Source of the DNA: a virus
DNA length: 64,000 nt
Strand: one strand, 5' to 3'
IMG/VR virus record: IMGVR_UViG_3300028844_006278
Positions 1-9,097 of the stretch are shown here, one piece after another. Position numbers and translations under genes: made by a program. The stretch's first letter is position 1, and every line of letters begins with the position of its first letter. The notes under the pieces are model-generated. The model did not search any database, was not told the DNA's origin, and saw only the letters and a list, made by a program, of their open reading frames with translations.

Positions 1-237
1 TTCGATGTTCGATAACGACGACCGCTGGAGCCGGACGTTAGTCTTTATATGATCGATAGCCACAGGCAGTACCCGCTCCATTGCTACCTTAGATCGGAAA
101 AGCATTGCGATATTGTCTGACCGGTACAGGTCTCCCAGGTCTGCTGAGAGCGGGTGAACCATGAGGTCAGTAGGTGATGCGATGGATATCAGGACCTTTG
201 TCGGATCTATGTCTGGGAGCTCTGGATCTTCATTCAT
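1..237 (-). CDS. Hypothetical protein, runs off left edge; paralog of 2162..2548
   Basis: Not in ORF track. ATG at 237 gives MNEDPELPDIDPTKVLISIASPTDLMVHP...LYRSDNIAMLFRS...HIKTNV, aligning with PSVPSYDVLADLFVHIASYADIADYP...FFRKYYVDLIFQS...QIKNTV. Confidence 0.7.
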   Translation of the reverse strand, partial: MNEDPELPDIDPTKVLISIASPTDLMVHPLSADLGDLYRSDNIAMLFRSKVAMERVLPVAIDHIKTNVRLQRSSLSNIE

Positions 238-259
238 ATCAGTACCTACTGGTGTGACC

Positions 260-275
260 TAGCATACGTATTCTG
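260..275. promoter_or_regulatory. Palindromic motif copy TAGCATACGTATTCTG (14/16)
   Basis: Intergenic, just upstream of the ATG at 237; matches the perfect copies at 20640 and 38962. Confidence 0.6.
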
Positions 276-299
276 TTTTCAGCGACATATAAAAGTGAC

Positions 300-2147
300 T
301 CACGTATGGACAATCACGCACTGTATGTCCCCTCGCTGCCTAGTAACATACAAGAGTTCGCCCCAGATCTCTCCGGATATGTGGATCTTATCCCCGGCAG
401 CGAGTTGCCAAACCGGTCCGGATAGGGGGAAGTACTCGGCCGCTCTAGTCGGATCCAATGCCTGGGCAGGGCCGTCTGAGCCTACAGGTGGCCGAAAGAT
501 CTGGTAGGGCAGGGCATTAAGTATATGCTCATCACCATCCGATAATCGGAGGCCCAGCTTATAATACTCGCTTATGTTCGCTCGAGAGGTGCCGCTCACT
601 CGTTTAACCCCGACGGCAGGCCGGCCGGACTCTGATAGGTAGGACGAGACTACCCTATGGCCCTCCTGCAGATCTTCGCACGAATATGGACCACCTAGAG
701 GAGCAGGCACTGTGCAGACAGTAGTCCCCGGAAGTAGCGGTATGTCCTCAGACTCCGGTATAGCGATTGTAGGGCCTTCATACCGAATGTCCGTGTACGT
801 CGATAGATTATGCACTAGGAATCCGTTGGCGAATAAGGTTAGGTAATTTGCGACGTCCCATACAGCCACAGACTCTTCAGGTCCTTGGTGCTCATCTATA
901 CTTAAGATAGGATGCCATGCCCTATCCTTAGAGTACAACTCATCCTCTGCTCGTAGAGGCAGTATCTCCGATAGATATGGGTACTCCGCTGTGGCCTTGG
1001 CTGCATCTATGGCCTTCCAAGCTTCCTCTCCGGGAGCGGATCTAGCATATACGGGCTGAGTGTCTGAGATCTCGAGAGTACCTCCGGATAATGTCCGGAT
1101 CTGCCAGTACGCAAGCACGGATGATTTACAGGTACCTCTAATGGGCTGGAAATCTAGAGCGCCGTCGTACTCTGAGTATGAGAATACAGTATCTCCAGAG
1201 GCTAGATCCGATATAGGAACAACTCCCCGATCGCCGGTTAGTACGGTAGTAGAGCGGGATACAAGGGATCCCTTATTGTGTAAGAGCACCCCATCTGCGA
1301 AGTAGTTCCTATTGTCCTCTACCGCCCATAAATTATATACCTGCTTCTGCCCGGGATATTCCGATACAGAGGATATCTGATCCCACTCTCCACTCTTTGT
1401 TAGGACAAAGTCCCCTGCCGACATCTTCAGCAGTCGTCGTAGATACGGGTGCGATTTACGGGATCGGGAGGGGCAGTAGGATGCCCACCCTATCCCCGAT
1501 CCGGGCTTACGGACATACACTGGCTGGGAGGTGGTGATCCCCAGAGACGTCCCAGACTGTAGATTCAGCGTGATGTACCGGTCAACTAGCGGAGCATCTA
1601 TGCCGAGGACTCGTTTACCTTCGACCTGCTCGCTTACCTCGTTGTAGGAGAGCACAATGTCGCCTACCTGCACATCTTCGACTTTTATCTCCCCTCCTCC
1701 TGGAACTGATATTAAGGTGCTGGCCACTACGCATCCTCCTGGAATATCGTCCGAGGACGAGGACCCCGCCCCAACCTGCAACGTGCACAGATCCTGCATA
1801 AATACATGGGAGGCATTACGTACATACGGCATAGATATCTGCACAGGCGCGTCGAGCGTTACCCCTCGTACAGAGGATACGACAATATCTCCGTCTTCGC
1901 TGCGGAGAACGGCGCCCTCTACCAGTCCTCGATCCTTCTGGATAAAGCCAGAGGTGTTCTCAGCAGAGAAGAACTTGGTAGACGCTGAGAATACGTGGAT
2001 GTCATTTATTACGACAAATTCACGTACTGTTGTCTGAACTGCTTTGAATACCTTCCTCGTCTCAATATCTAGCTCCGGGGACAGCGTCGCTATCTCCATA
2101 CCCCTCTTCCAGGTCGGTAAAGCATCAAGCACGTCTTGATCCGTCAT
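300..2147 (-). CDS. Tandem multi-Hint (intein/BIL-like) domain protein
   Basis: GG-CVVASTLI...KVEDVQVGDIVLSY...VYNL..NYFADGVLLHN-K; second unit ...PISDLASGDTVFSY...LFANGFLVHN-L; two further degenerate units at the termini. Confidence 0.88.
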   Translation of the reverse strand: MTDQDVLDALPTWKRGMEIATLSPELDIETRKVFKAVQTTVREFVVINDIHVFSASTKFFSAENTSGFIQKDRGLVEGAVLRSEDGDIVVSSVRGVTLDAPVQISMPYVRNASHVFMQDLCTLQVGAGSSSSDDIPGGCVVASTLISVPGGGEIKVEDVQVGDIVLSYNEVSEQVEGKRVLGIDAPLVDRYITLNLQSGTSLGITTSQPVYVRKPGSGIGWASYCPSRSRKSHPYLRRLLKMSAGDFVLTKSGEWDQISSVSEYPGQKQVYNLWAVEDNRNYFADGVLLHNKGSLVSRSTTVLTGDRGVVPISDLASGDTVFSYSEYDGALDFQPIRGTCKSSVLAYWQIRTLSGGTLEISDTQPVYARSAPGEEAWKAIDAAKATAEYPYLSEILPLRAEDELYSKDRAWHPILSIDEHQGPEESVAVWDVANYLTLFANGFLVHNLSTYTDIRYEGPTIAIPESEDIPLLPGTTVCTVPAPLGGPYSCEDLQEGHRVVSSYLSESGRPAVGVKRVSGTSRANISEYYKLGLRLSDGDEHILNALPYQIFRPPVGSDGPAQALDPTRAAEYFPLSGPVWQLAAGDKIHISGEIWGELLYVTRQRGDIQCVIVHT

Positions 2148-2161
2148 AATAGTATGCTCCT

Positions 2162-2548
2162 TTAGCAGTCGTTAACTATTACTTCTACAGCCTCTTCGCC
2201 GTTAAGTCGAACCAGATCCTCTACTGTATTTTTAATCTGCCCTTCTATGAGATCCCACGTATCTGAGAGGTGCGGGAGACTCTGGAAGATGAGATCTACG
2301 TAATACTTACGGAAGAACGGAGAATCCTCGCCGGGATCATTCTCTGGATAGTCGGCTATATCGGCATAGGACGCTATGTGTACGAAGAGGTCTGCGAGTA
2401 CATCATAGGAAGGAACGGAGGGAAGTCTCTGGTACACGAAGACCGTCGGCGGAAGGTTATCGGAAGTCTCTGAGACCCAGACACGCATCCTATGTCGACT
2501 ATCCTCCTCTAGTGTCACCCTCCTTGAGATCTGTATGTAGCTGCTCAT
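2162..2548 (-). CDS. Hypothetical virion-associated protein
   Basis: 128-aa ORF in tail operon; paralog at 1..237. Confidence 0.7.
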   Translation of the reverse strand: MSSYIQISRRVTLEEDSRHRMRVWVSETSDNLPPTVFVYQRLPSVPSYDVLADLFVHIASYADIADYPENDPGEDSPFFRKYYVDLIFQSLPHLSDTWDLIEGQIKNTVEDLVRLNGEEAVEVIVNDC

Positions 2549-2551
2549 ATT

Positions 2552-2821
2552 CTAGACTGCTCCGCTGAGATAGAGGGCCTCTCCGTGTAGTTTCTCCGAC
2601 GAGCCCTGCGTCGGCACAGGTATTATGCCGGATTTGATGGCCGCCTTAAGAAGATCTAGACCTATTGTCGGATATCCTAACTCCTGGATTTCAGATGCCC
2701 CCGGCAGGCCTTGCTCCGCCAACTCATCTGTAGGATGCTCGTCTCCCTTTATGAGGGAGGCAAGGATACAGCTGGCTGCCGCCAATCCGTCACTATTGTT
2801 AAAAGTACCGGGAGCAATCAT
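2552..2821 (-). CDS. Hypothetical protein
   Basis: 89-aa ORF filling the gap, overlapping the upstream stop. Confidence 0.55.
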   Translation of the reverse strand: MIAPGTFNNSDGLAAASCILASLIKGDEHPTDELAEQGLPGASEIQELGYPTIGLDLLKAAIKSGIIPVPTQGSSEKLHGEALYLSGAV

Positions 2822-5097
2822 TTATAGGGAGATGGTGGAGCATATAGCAGGGTCGGGGCGGTGGCGTCAAGCGTGATACCTGTGTTTCTCCGTATATACG
2901 GAGCATCTACAAACCCGCGTACGAACGAAGTGTCGCCTGCGTTCAGAGTCTTCCCTATAGATATAGTGTTCGCCGATGGTAGGATGCTTCCGGCGAATGC
3001 CCTAGAGCCCAGCACGGTGCCGTCCAGGCTGAACTGCATGACGTTCCCCACCCTGTTCCATTCTAGCCAGTACCACGTGTCGTTATTTATAGTAGGAGTC
3101 CCACCACATCCCCAGTACCCTCCGTCCGGTCCCAGTCCTGCCATCCCCGCCTCAGTCCATGCCGAATATAGTGTTTTACCTCCGCTTGCTGCCCAGCCGG
3201 CAGGCTCGAAGGATATCACCCAGCACTCCCCGTTAGCGGAACCCCAGTTCGCAAAAATGTTCTGGTTTTGGGTATTATCTGTAGTACGCCATGCTATCCC
3301 TATCTCGAAGTTTTCTGTGCCGAAGTTGAAGCACGAGTGATAGTCTGCGGTAGCTAGGTCGGCACTAGTGTGCCTAGGGTCGTCGTACGTATTTCCCCAG
3401 TTCGGGAACGCGCCGGCAGTCATTGCGCCGTTGCCTCTTGTATTTATAGTCACATAGCTGCCTGCTGCGAAGCCTGTTATGCTGTCGGTGCCTATGTACG
3501 CCTGGGCGTTCGATACAGACGGTGTGCCTAGGGTAAGAGTTTGGTGCTGCTCTGTAGCATCTACCGCCGACCCTCCGTCTACATTAAGCGCAAGCAGAAC
3601 CTCGCAGCACATGTCTGCGCAGCAGTCGCAGTCATCGTACGACACTAGGGGAGTACTTACTGTATCTGGGGCCACGTCCGTCGTGTACTCTACGAAGGAA
3701 TAGCACTCTGAGCTGGACTGGAGTATAGAAGTAATGCCTGTTATTCCACCGGCATCCGACTCTTCGAATACATACTCGCCTCCTATTCCATCGCAGTCCT
3801 CGAACCTCATGCTTAGCGTAGTAGTATCACAAGTGGAGCAAAACTCGAACTCGTAGTCTATACTAGCGGCAGTAGTGGCAGCGGCTACGTATTGATCAAA
3901 CTCATAGCATACGCCGTCAATGCGTACGACCTCTGAGGTAGTGGTAGCGTCTGAGACAATCTGAGAGGAGGCCGGGTTATCGCACCTGACGTACTGTCGG
4001 TTATTGCCTGCACATGTCGCGCAATCAGCAAACTCGGCATCTATATCTACGCCCGTATGCGTGACAGGATCCGTGGTAGTGCTGATGAAGTCATAGCACA
4101 CTCCTCCTATCTTTATAGTCTGGGAACTTGTGTACTGGCTAGAAATAACCACCGCAGACGATCCGAGTATGCACTCCTCGTATAGCCTATATGTCTCACA
4201 AGCTCCACACGATGTGTGCGACGCATCAGGAGCCGCGTTGGTAGACGCGTCTTCTGTGAACTCGAAGAACTCGTAACACCCGCTGTTGATCTCTATTACA
4301 GAGTCTGTGGCCGGCACCTGGTTCTCAGGTATAATGACCTCGGCAACCCCGTCTACGCAAGACTTATACCTAGCCTGGATGCTAGTAGCAGCGCAGTCGG
4401 CGCAATCCGTGTAGTTCGAATAATCGATAGAGGTATGTGTCGTAGCAGCCAGTGTTGAGGATGTGGACGAGTAGCACACTTCATCAACTCGTACGATAAC
4501 TTGTCCCGGAGCTACGCTTTCCCGGATAACTAAGCTGGGGGCGGCAGCCGCACAATCTACGTACTCAATGGCGGAGAATGTGCTAGCGCATGACTCGCAA
4601 GTTACGAACTCGTTATCCACTGCAAACACGTCCGCCGCGGTCTCTACATACTCTGTAGACGAGTAGCATTTACCGCTGACCTCGACAATAGCTGCGACAG
4701 TTACCGCGTCGTCTATGTAGATAATGTCCGACGGATCTGCGCAGTTGGTATACCGTATGTTTAGGTCTATATCAGAGCAGTCCTGGCAGGTGTCGAACTC
4801 GTAGTCGAACTCTGTGTCGGTGATAGCGTCTTGGGTAGCGCCTACTCGCTCGTAACAGGCTCCGTCAATCTGGATAATTTGGGCATCTCCGGCTACAACC
4901 GGACTTAGTACTACAGGCATCTCAGGACCCCCGCAGTCTGTGTACTTTACGTTCGCTTCCCTGGCCGAAGAACTCCCCGGGCACTCCACAAACAGGACCT
5001 CGGAACATACCGTAAACCCCTCCCCATCGCACCGCAGCTCGCATCCCAAGGGGCGCTCTCTTACGGTGACATTTTCTATTCTGTGCTGGGAAGACAT
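2818..5097 (-). CDS. Cys-rich repeat protein with C-terminal LamG/ConA-like domain; putative fibre/adhesin
   Basis: Seven ~60-aa repeats Y-x-x-C...G-x-C-Y...F-x-x-C-x-x-C, then FNFGTENFEIGIAW...NDTWYWLEWNRVGNVMQFSLDG...ISIG...FVRGFVDAPYI (LamG-like). Confidence 0.8.
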   Translation of the reverse strand: MSSQHRIENVTVRERPLGCELRCDGEGFTVCSEVLFVECPGSSSAREANVKYTDCGGPEMPVVLSPVVAGDAQIIQIDGACYERVGATQDAITDTEFDYEFDTCQDCSDIDLNIRYTNCADPSDIIYIDDAVTVAAIVEVSGKCYSSTEYVETAADVFAVDNEFVTCESCASTFSAIEYVDCAAAAPSLVIRESVAPGQVIVRVDEVCYSSTSSTLAATTHTSIDYSNYTDCADCAATSIQARYKSCVDGVAEVIIPENQVPATDSVIEINSGCYEFFEFTEDASTNAAPDASHTSCGACETYRLYEECILGSSAVVISSQYTSSQTIKIGGVCYDFISTTTDPVTHTGVDIDAEFADCATCAGNNRQYVRCDNPASSQIVSDATTTSEVVRIDGVCYEFDQYVAAATTAASIDYEFEFCSTCDTTTLSMRFEDCDGIGGEYVFEESDAGGITGITSILQSSSECYSFVEYTTDVAPDTVSTPLVSYDDCDCCADMCCEVLLALNVDGGSAVDATEQHQTLTLGTPSVSNAQAYIGTDSITGFAAGSYVTINTRGNGAMTAGAFPNWGNTYDDPRHTSADLATADYHSCFNFGTENFEIGIAWRTTDNTQNQNIFANWGSANGECWVISFEPAGWAASGGKTLYSAWTEAGMAGLGPDGGYWGCGGTPTINNDTWYWLEWNRVGNVMQFSLDGTVLGSRAFAGSILPSANTISIGKTLNAGDTSFVRGFVDAPYIRRNTGITLDATAPTLLYAPPSPYK

Positions 5098-5128
5098 AAA
5101 TCATGACGCCTCTAAAGTAGTGCTATAT

Positions 5129-6652
5129 CTATACTGTACAACAGTACGCTACGGCGGCTTCGTACGCCATAGCGCCTTCGTCGAATACTGTATAGCATGT
5201 AAAATAATCCACCGTGTTTGGGTCGTCCTCGCAGTTGGCAGGCGCATCTGTATTTAGCGCTTGGTCTAGAGCAGCTTGTGCAGCATCCTCTGCGGTTGCT
5301 CCGTACGCCACTGAAATGAACTGAGTTGATCCCGGGTAATCCGCGCACATTAGAGCCTCGGTGGGACAGGCAGGGGAACATGCGTCCCCCGCTTTCCCCA
5401 TAGCCGTTGCCGCAGCATCGCAAGTTTCCTCGCACCAGGGCGCAGGATCGTCCTGAGCAACAATAGGTGTGAAGTCCTCTAAGTATGTAGGAGGAGTTCC
5501 CGAGACTATAGTTGCCCATACCGGCTGCTCTTGGTAATCTCTGTTTACATCCAAGTCCTCCGGAGGCAGCGGAGGCAGATTTCCGGGTATTACTACGGAC
5601 TCTGATCGAGGAGGCTTTACGTTCCACTGGAGTCCGGAGATTACACCATCGTGCACGACTATGTTGGCATAGTATACATAAAGTCTCCCATCCTCGTAGC
5701 ATTGGATATCTACCACAACCGGGATAATCCCTAGCGGCTCTTCTCTGCTCACTTCGTCAGATTCGTAAGGATTTCTCGGTGTACGGACAGACTCGTCTTG
5801 GTTGATATCTATATTAGTAGTCAGACTGTTCGGGGACGGCCAGCGAGGAAAATGCAGCTCTCTATTTACAAACTCATCGGCACTAGAAGACCACCCGCAG
5901 TCGTCTTTTAGGCAGCAGCTCTTGGGATATCCTGCAACCAGTTGGAAGCTCTGGTCGGTATCGTCTGCTCTATAGACATCCCGTACCTCTGGCTTCTCCC
6001 TACGAGTTAGCCTAATCTCGCCATTTACTATCTCCGCCTCTATGTGATCGGGCAGATCGTCTGGTTGCGGACAGCATCCTGTATCTAATGGAGGGCCGTC
6101 TGGGTTGAACTCCCGGACTGTTAGAGTTTCTCCGCCGGAAACTACCGTTGTGCCGTCTCCGCCTCCAAACGAGAAGAACGGGATAGTGTCTATAGATGGA
6201 AAGCGAGGCCGTCCGATAGATAGTGAGTTGGACTCTACGCCCTCTCCGGGACAGTAGCAGGTATCCTCCAGTACATCGGTCTGCAGGGCGCCGCTGATGT
6301 TGCCGGTAAGGGACCATAGGTCTGGATATTCTAGAGATGTGGGAGGTACAGGGCAGTCAGGGTCTAGAGGTGTGTAGGGATTGGTAAGAGAATCCCACCT
6401 GCTGTCGTACCCCCCTGTGTCTATCTCCACGTCTGGGGCATAGGATCCCGGCAGCCGCGCATAGTTATTGGCATTGTTCAGAGCAAATGTGTCGCACCCT
6501 GTAGTGGGAGTGACTGCTACGGAGTCTGTCGCCTCGCATACCGCGCATCCTCGAGCGGGCCCAGACCCTTCTGTCCCGTCCGGACATGCGCCGAAGTCCC
6601 GATACACGGCCCCTCGCCTAGTACTCGTATAAGATGTAAAAAGGCGTCTCAC
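5129..6652 (-). CDS. Acidic Cys/Pro-rich tail-associated structural protein
   Basis: 507-aa ORF with GTG start, many C/CC pairs, in the fibre cluster. Confidence 0.65.
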   Translation of the reverse strand: MRRLFTSYTSTRRGAVYRDFGACPDGTEGSGPARGCAVCEATDSVAVTPTTGCDTFALNNANNYARLPGSYAPDVEIDTGGYDSRWDSLTNPYTPLDPDCPVPPTSLEYPDLWSLTGNISGALQTDVLEDTCYCPGEGVESNSLSIGRPRFPSIDTIPFFSFGGGDGTTVVSGGETLTVREFNPDGPPLDTGCCPQPDDLPDHIEAEIVNGEIRLTRREKPEVRDVYRADDTDQSFQLVAGYPKSCCLKDDCGWSSSADEFVNRELHFPRWPSPNSLTTNIDINQDESVRTPRNPYESDEVSREEPLGIIPVVVDIQCYEDGRLYVYYANIVVHDGVISGLQWNVKPPRSESVVIPGNLPPLPPEDLDVNRDYQEQPVWATIVSGTPPTYLEDFTPIVAQDDPAPWCEETCDAAATAMGKAGDACSPACPTEALMCADYPGSTQFISVAYGATAEDAAQAALDQALNTDAPANCEDDPNTVDYFTCYTVFDEGAMAYEAAVAYCCTV

Positions 6653-6653
6653 G

Positions 6654-7475
6654 TTAGCGTACCAAGATCTCCAATTTCCCTTCAGATCTTTGTAACCCTA
6701 ATGCCGCTGACGTATCGACATCTATGTCTCCATTAGTCGGAAGCAGTCCATTTATCGTAAAGACTGGCTCGGCTGAGTAGGATGAGGAAGACGATCCGTC
6801 CCCATAGTCTACCGGGCACGGATCTTCGTAAGAGATGTCTCCTTCGTCTGTGAATCCAAGACCGTTTCCTACTCCTACGGAGAGGGTGAGGACGTCGGAT
6901 GAATAGGATACTGCGGCGTTATATCCGTCTGCCCAATCCATGCTAGACTCTCCACCTACACTTAGTGTAAGGATCTCTTCCTCGGGGTCGTCGGCGCAGG
7001 CGGGAGAGTTTAAGAAAGACAGGGATTGGACGTGCTCTGTATACCACTGTGCCCGGCAGGGCTCTACCTGTATGTAGCACGTTCCCGATCCGGCGTTAAT
7101 GATATCCGCGGAGGAGAAGACAAGTACTCCGGTAGCGTCCCCGGGGCCGGAGCTAGACACTGATCCTATATCGGAAACTGTCCCCACCTGATTAGGTACA
7201 TCGAATGTAATGAACCAGGACTGGCCTGACGAGTTCATAGCCTCGAACACAAGCTCTGTGGTAGTGGCTCCTGCTGAGTATGAGATAAGGTGAACCGTCG
7301 GAGCGCGCCCGGTAGAGACTGCCGGGGCCGCCGAGGAGGACGGCATAAGTACATCAGCATCTCCCTGAACTACAAAGAAGACGTCCAGAATGCCGGACGT
7401 GATAGTAGCGTTTGCGGCTGACAGGGTAGGGACAAATGGATAATCCTGCTGGGCAGATACGTGGCGCGTGCTCAT
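6654..7475 (-). CDS. Baseplate/fibre-associated protein (YP...TING paralog family)
   Basis: N-terminal QDYPF...ILDVFF; C-terminal VFTINGLLPTNGDIDV. Confidence 0.7.
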   Translation of the reverse strand: MSTRHVSAQQDYPFVPTLSAANATITSGILDVFFVVQGDADVLMPSSSAAPAVSTGRAPTVHLISYSAGATTTELVFEAMNSSGQSWFITFDVPNQVGTVSDIGSVSSSGPGDATGVLVFSSADIINAGSGTCYIQVEPCRAQWYTEHVQSLSFLNSPACADDPEEEILTLSVGGESSMDWADGYNAAVSYSSDVLTLSVGVGNGLGFTDEGDISYEDPCPVDYGDGSSSSSYSAEPVFTINGLLPTNGDIDVDTSAALGLQRSEGKLEILVR

Positions 7476-8185
7476 ACTGTGTCGTCCTTAGCTTGCGTGA
7501 ACTTGAGAGATCCTTCCTCTACCGATATACGTAAATTGGCTCTAGGATGATTCTCCAGCCATATAGAGGAGTTGGATACTCCGTTTATGCTTCTAACCGG
7601 GATCGCATCCGACACAGCAGGGTCAGTTCCTAATACATCAAGCCGCAGGCTGCCGGCCTCTGTAAGGGCGAATCGGCAGCCGGTTCGCGCTACTACTCGG
7701 ACGTCTCCGTATATGGCCCGGCCGTTGGCAACAACGTATCGTACATACGGAGCCTTGCTGACATGGCACAGATCTACCAGAAATACGGCCACCTTGCTGA
7801 ACACTCGGACTACTGTACCTGTGACTGATCCTATAAATCGGGCAACTCCTTCTGGATTAAAAAGTAGGTGACCTACTGGGATACCTACAGAATTTTGTAC
7901 CTCGACGTCTGTAGTATCGTAGTCTATAACACATGTTCCGATCTCCTGACCTCCGTCATCGGATATATGCATCCGCACCTGTGGCCGGTCCCCGTGTGTG
8001 CCGTCTACCTTCGAGACCTTAAGAGGCAGGGAAAAGTCTCCCTTCAGATAGAACGCCGCATCTATGAGAAGATCCGTGCCTATATCGACGGCGCCGTCCC
8101 GCAGGAGGGAATTCTCGTCGAACGGATAGCTGTGCTTGACTACCTCGTCCCTAAAGTTTTGATTGGTGATCGCGTATGCCGGCAT
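7472..8185 (-). CDS. Baseplate/fibre-associated protein (paralog family)
   Basis: FRDEVVKHSYPFDE...LLIDAAF; VRSINGV. Confidence 0.7.
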   Translation of the reverse strand: MPAYAITNQNFRDEVVKHSYPFDENSLLRDGAVDIGTDLLIDAAFYLKGDFSLPLKVSKVDGTHGDRPQVRMHISDDGGQEIGTCVIDYDTTDVEVQNSVGIPVGHLLFNPEGVARFIGSVTGTVVRVFSKVAVFLVDLCHVSKAPYVRYVVANGRAIYGDVRVVARTGCRFALTEAGSLRLDVLGTDPAVSDAIPVRSINGVSNSSIWLENHPRANLRISVEEGSLKFTQAKDDTV

Positions 8186-9097
8186 CTAGACGTCCTCCGG
8201 AACTGTATATAGGGATCCTATGGCCCTACCTGCAGTGATGTCGATTAGCGGGATATTCACAATGTCGGTAGGCCCTACGAAATAGTCTTCCTCGATCTCT
8301 ATAGGTACGGTAGAAGAGGAGGTAACCGGCGCACAGTCGTCGCCTTCCTCATATGTCCTGGGCTGGAAGACGTCTAGAGGAAGTTCCTCATAATCTCCCC
8401 CACCCTCGTCCCCTCTTGGAATGATAAGCTCTCCGAAGTCTCCGCAATCCTGTACCTTGCCAACTATGTCTATGTCTATATTGCCTAGTTCATCCGGCGT
8501 AGCTCCGCCTACAGAGAATATGTATCTCTCCGTATCTGCGACAGCGCCTCCTGTCTGTCCGGACTTCAAGGCAATTAGCTGATCTTGGCTGAGGACCTCG
8601 TCCGCTCTATCTAGATATACCGTATCCCCTTCGACTGTTACCGACAGGAAGTCCGTATTGCTGGCAAACTGCAAAACGTCTGCCAGGTCCTGGTCGAAGG
8701 AGTTAGTAGTTAGTTGGATAGGTATGCCGGACTGCTTCAGAGATACAATGGTCTCTGGGTCCAAGTCTATCTCCACATCCCCTATATAGAACGCGTCGCG
8801 AACTCCGGACCCTAGCACTACCCAGCCTGTCCCTACTACTTCCATCTCCATCGGATATACTCGTGCAGGCTCGGCCGCCACCTGCATGAGATGAGCAATC
8901 GGCAGGCCTGAGGTACGGTCCTCTATGGCGATAAATACAAAGCTCGACGTCACCCGCACGCACACTACTACTGGGTCGTATGCTTCGGGAACATTGAGAG
9001 ACAGGTCCAGGAGGATGTCGTTGGGGACACCTAGTTCGTGGAAGTCGCTGAGCGGATACTTTATGTCCGCGTTATTGGAGTAGAGTAGGGGAGTCAT
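8186..9097 (-). CDS. Baseplate/fibre-associated protein (paralog family)
   Basis: NNADIKYPLSD...ILLDLSL; IFSVGGATPDELGNIDI. Confidence 0.7.
   Translation of the reverse strand: MTPLLYSNNADIKYPLSDFHELGVPNDILLDLSLNVPEAYDPVVVCVRVTSSFVFIAIEDRTSGLPIAHLMQVAAEPARVYPMEMEVVGTGWVVLGSGVRDAFYIGDVEIDLDPETIVSLKQSGIPIQLTTNSFDQDLADVLQFASNTDFLSVTVEGDTVYLDRADEVLSQDQLIALKSGQTGGAVADTERYIFSVGGATPDELGNIDIDIVGKVQDCGDFGELIIPRGDEGGGDYEELPLDVFQPRTYEEGDDCAPVTSSSTVPIEIEEDYFVGPTDIVNIPLIDITAGRAIGSLYTVPEDV

Noticed and set aside
238-288. In-frame upstream extension MSLKTEYVC*VTPVGTD of the 237 ORF
   Set aside because: The TAG is part of the palindromic motif; no support for readthrough or a pseudogene.
807-1733. Classical mobile inteins in the Hint protein
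   Set aside because: No +1 Cys/Ser/Thr, no endonuclease and no conserved host extein.
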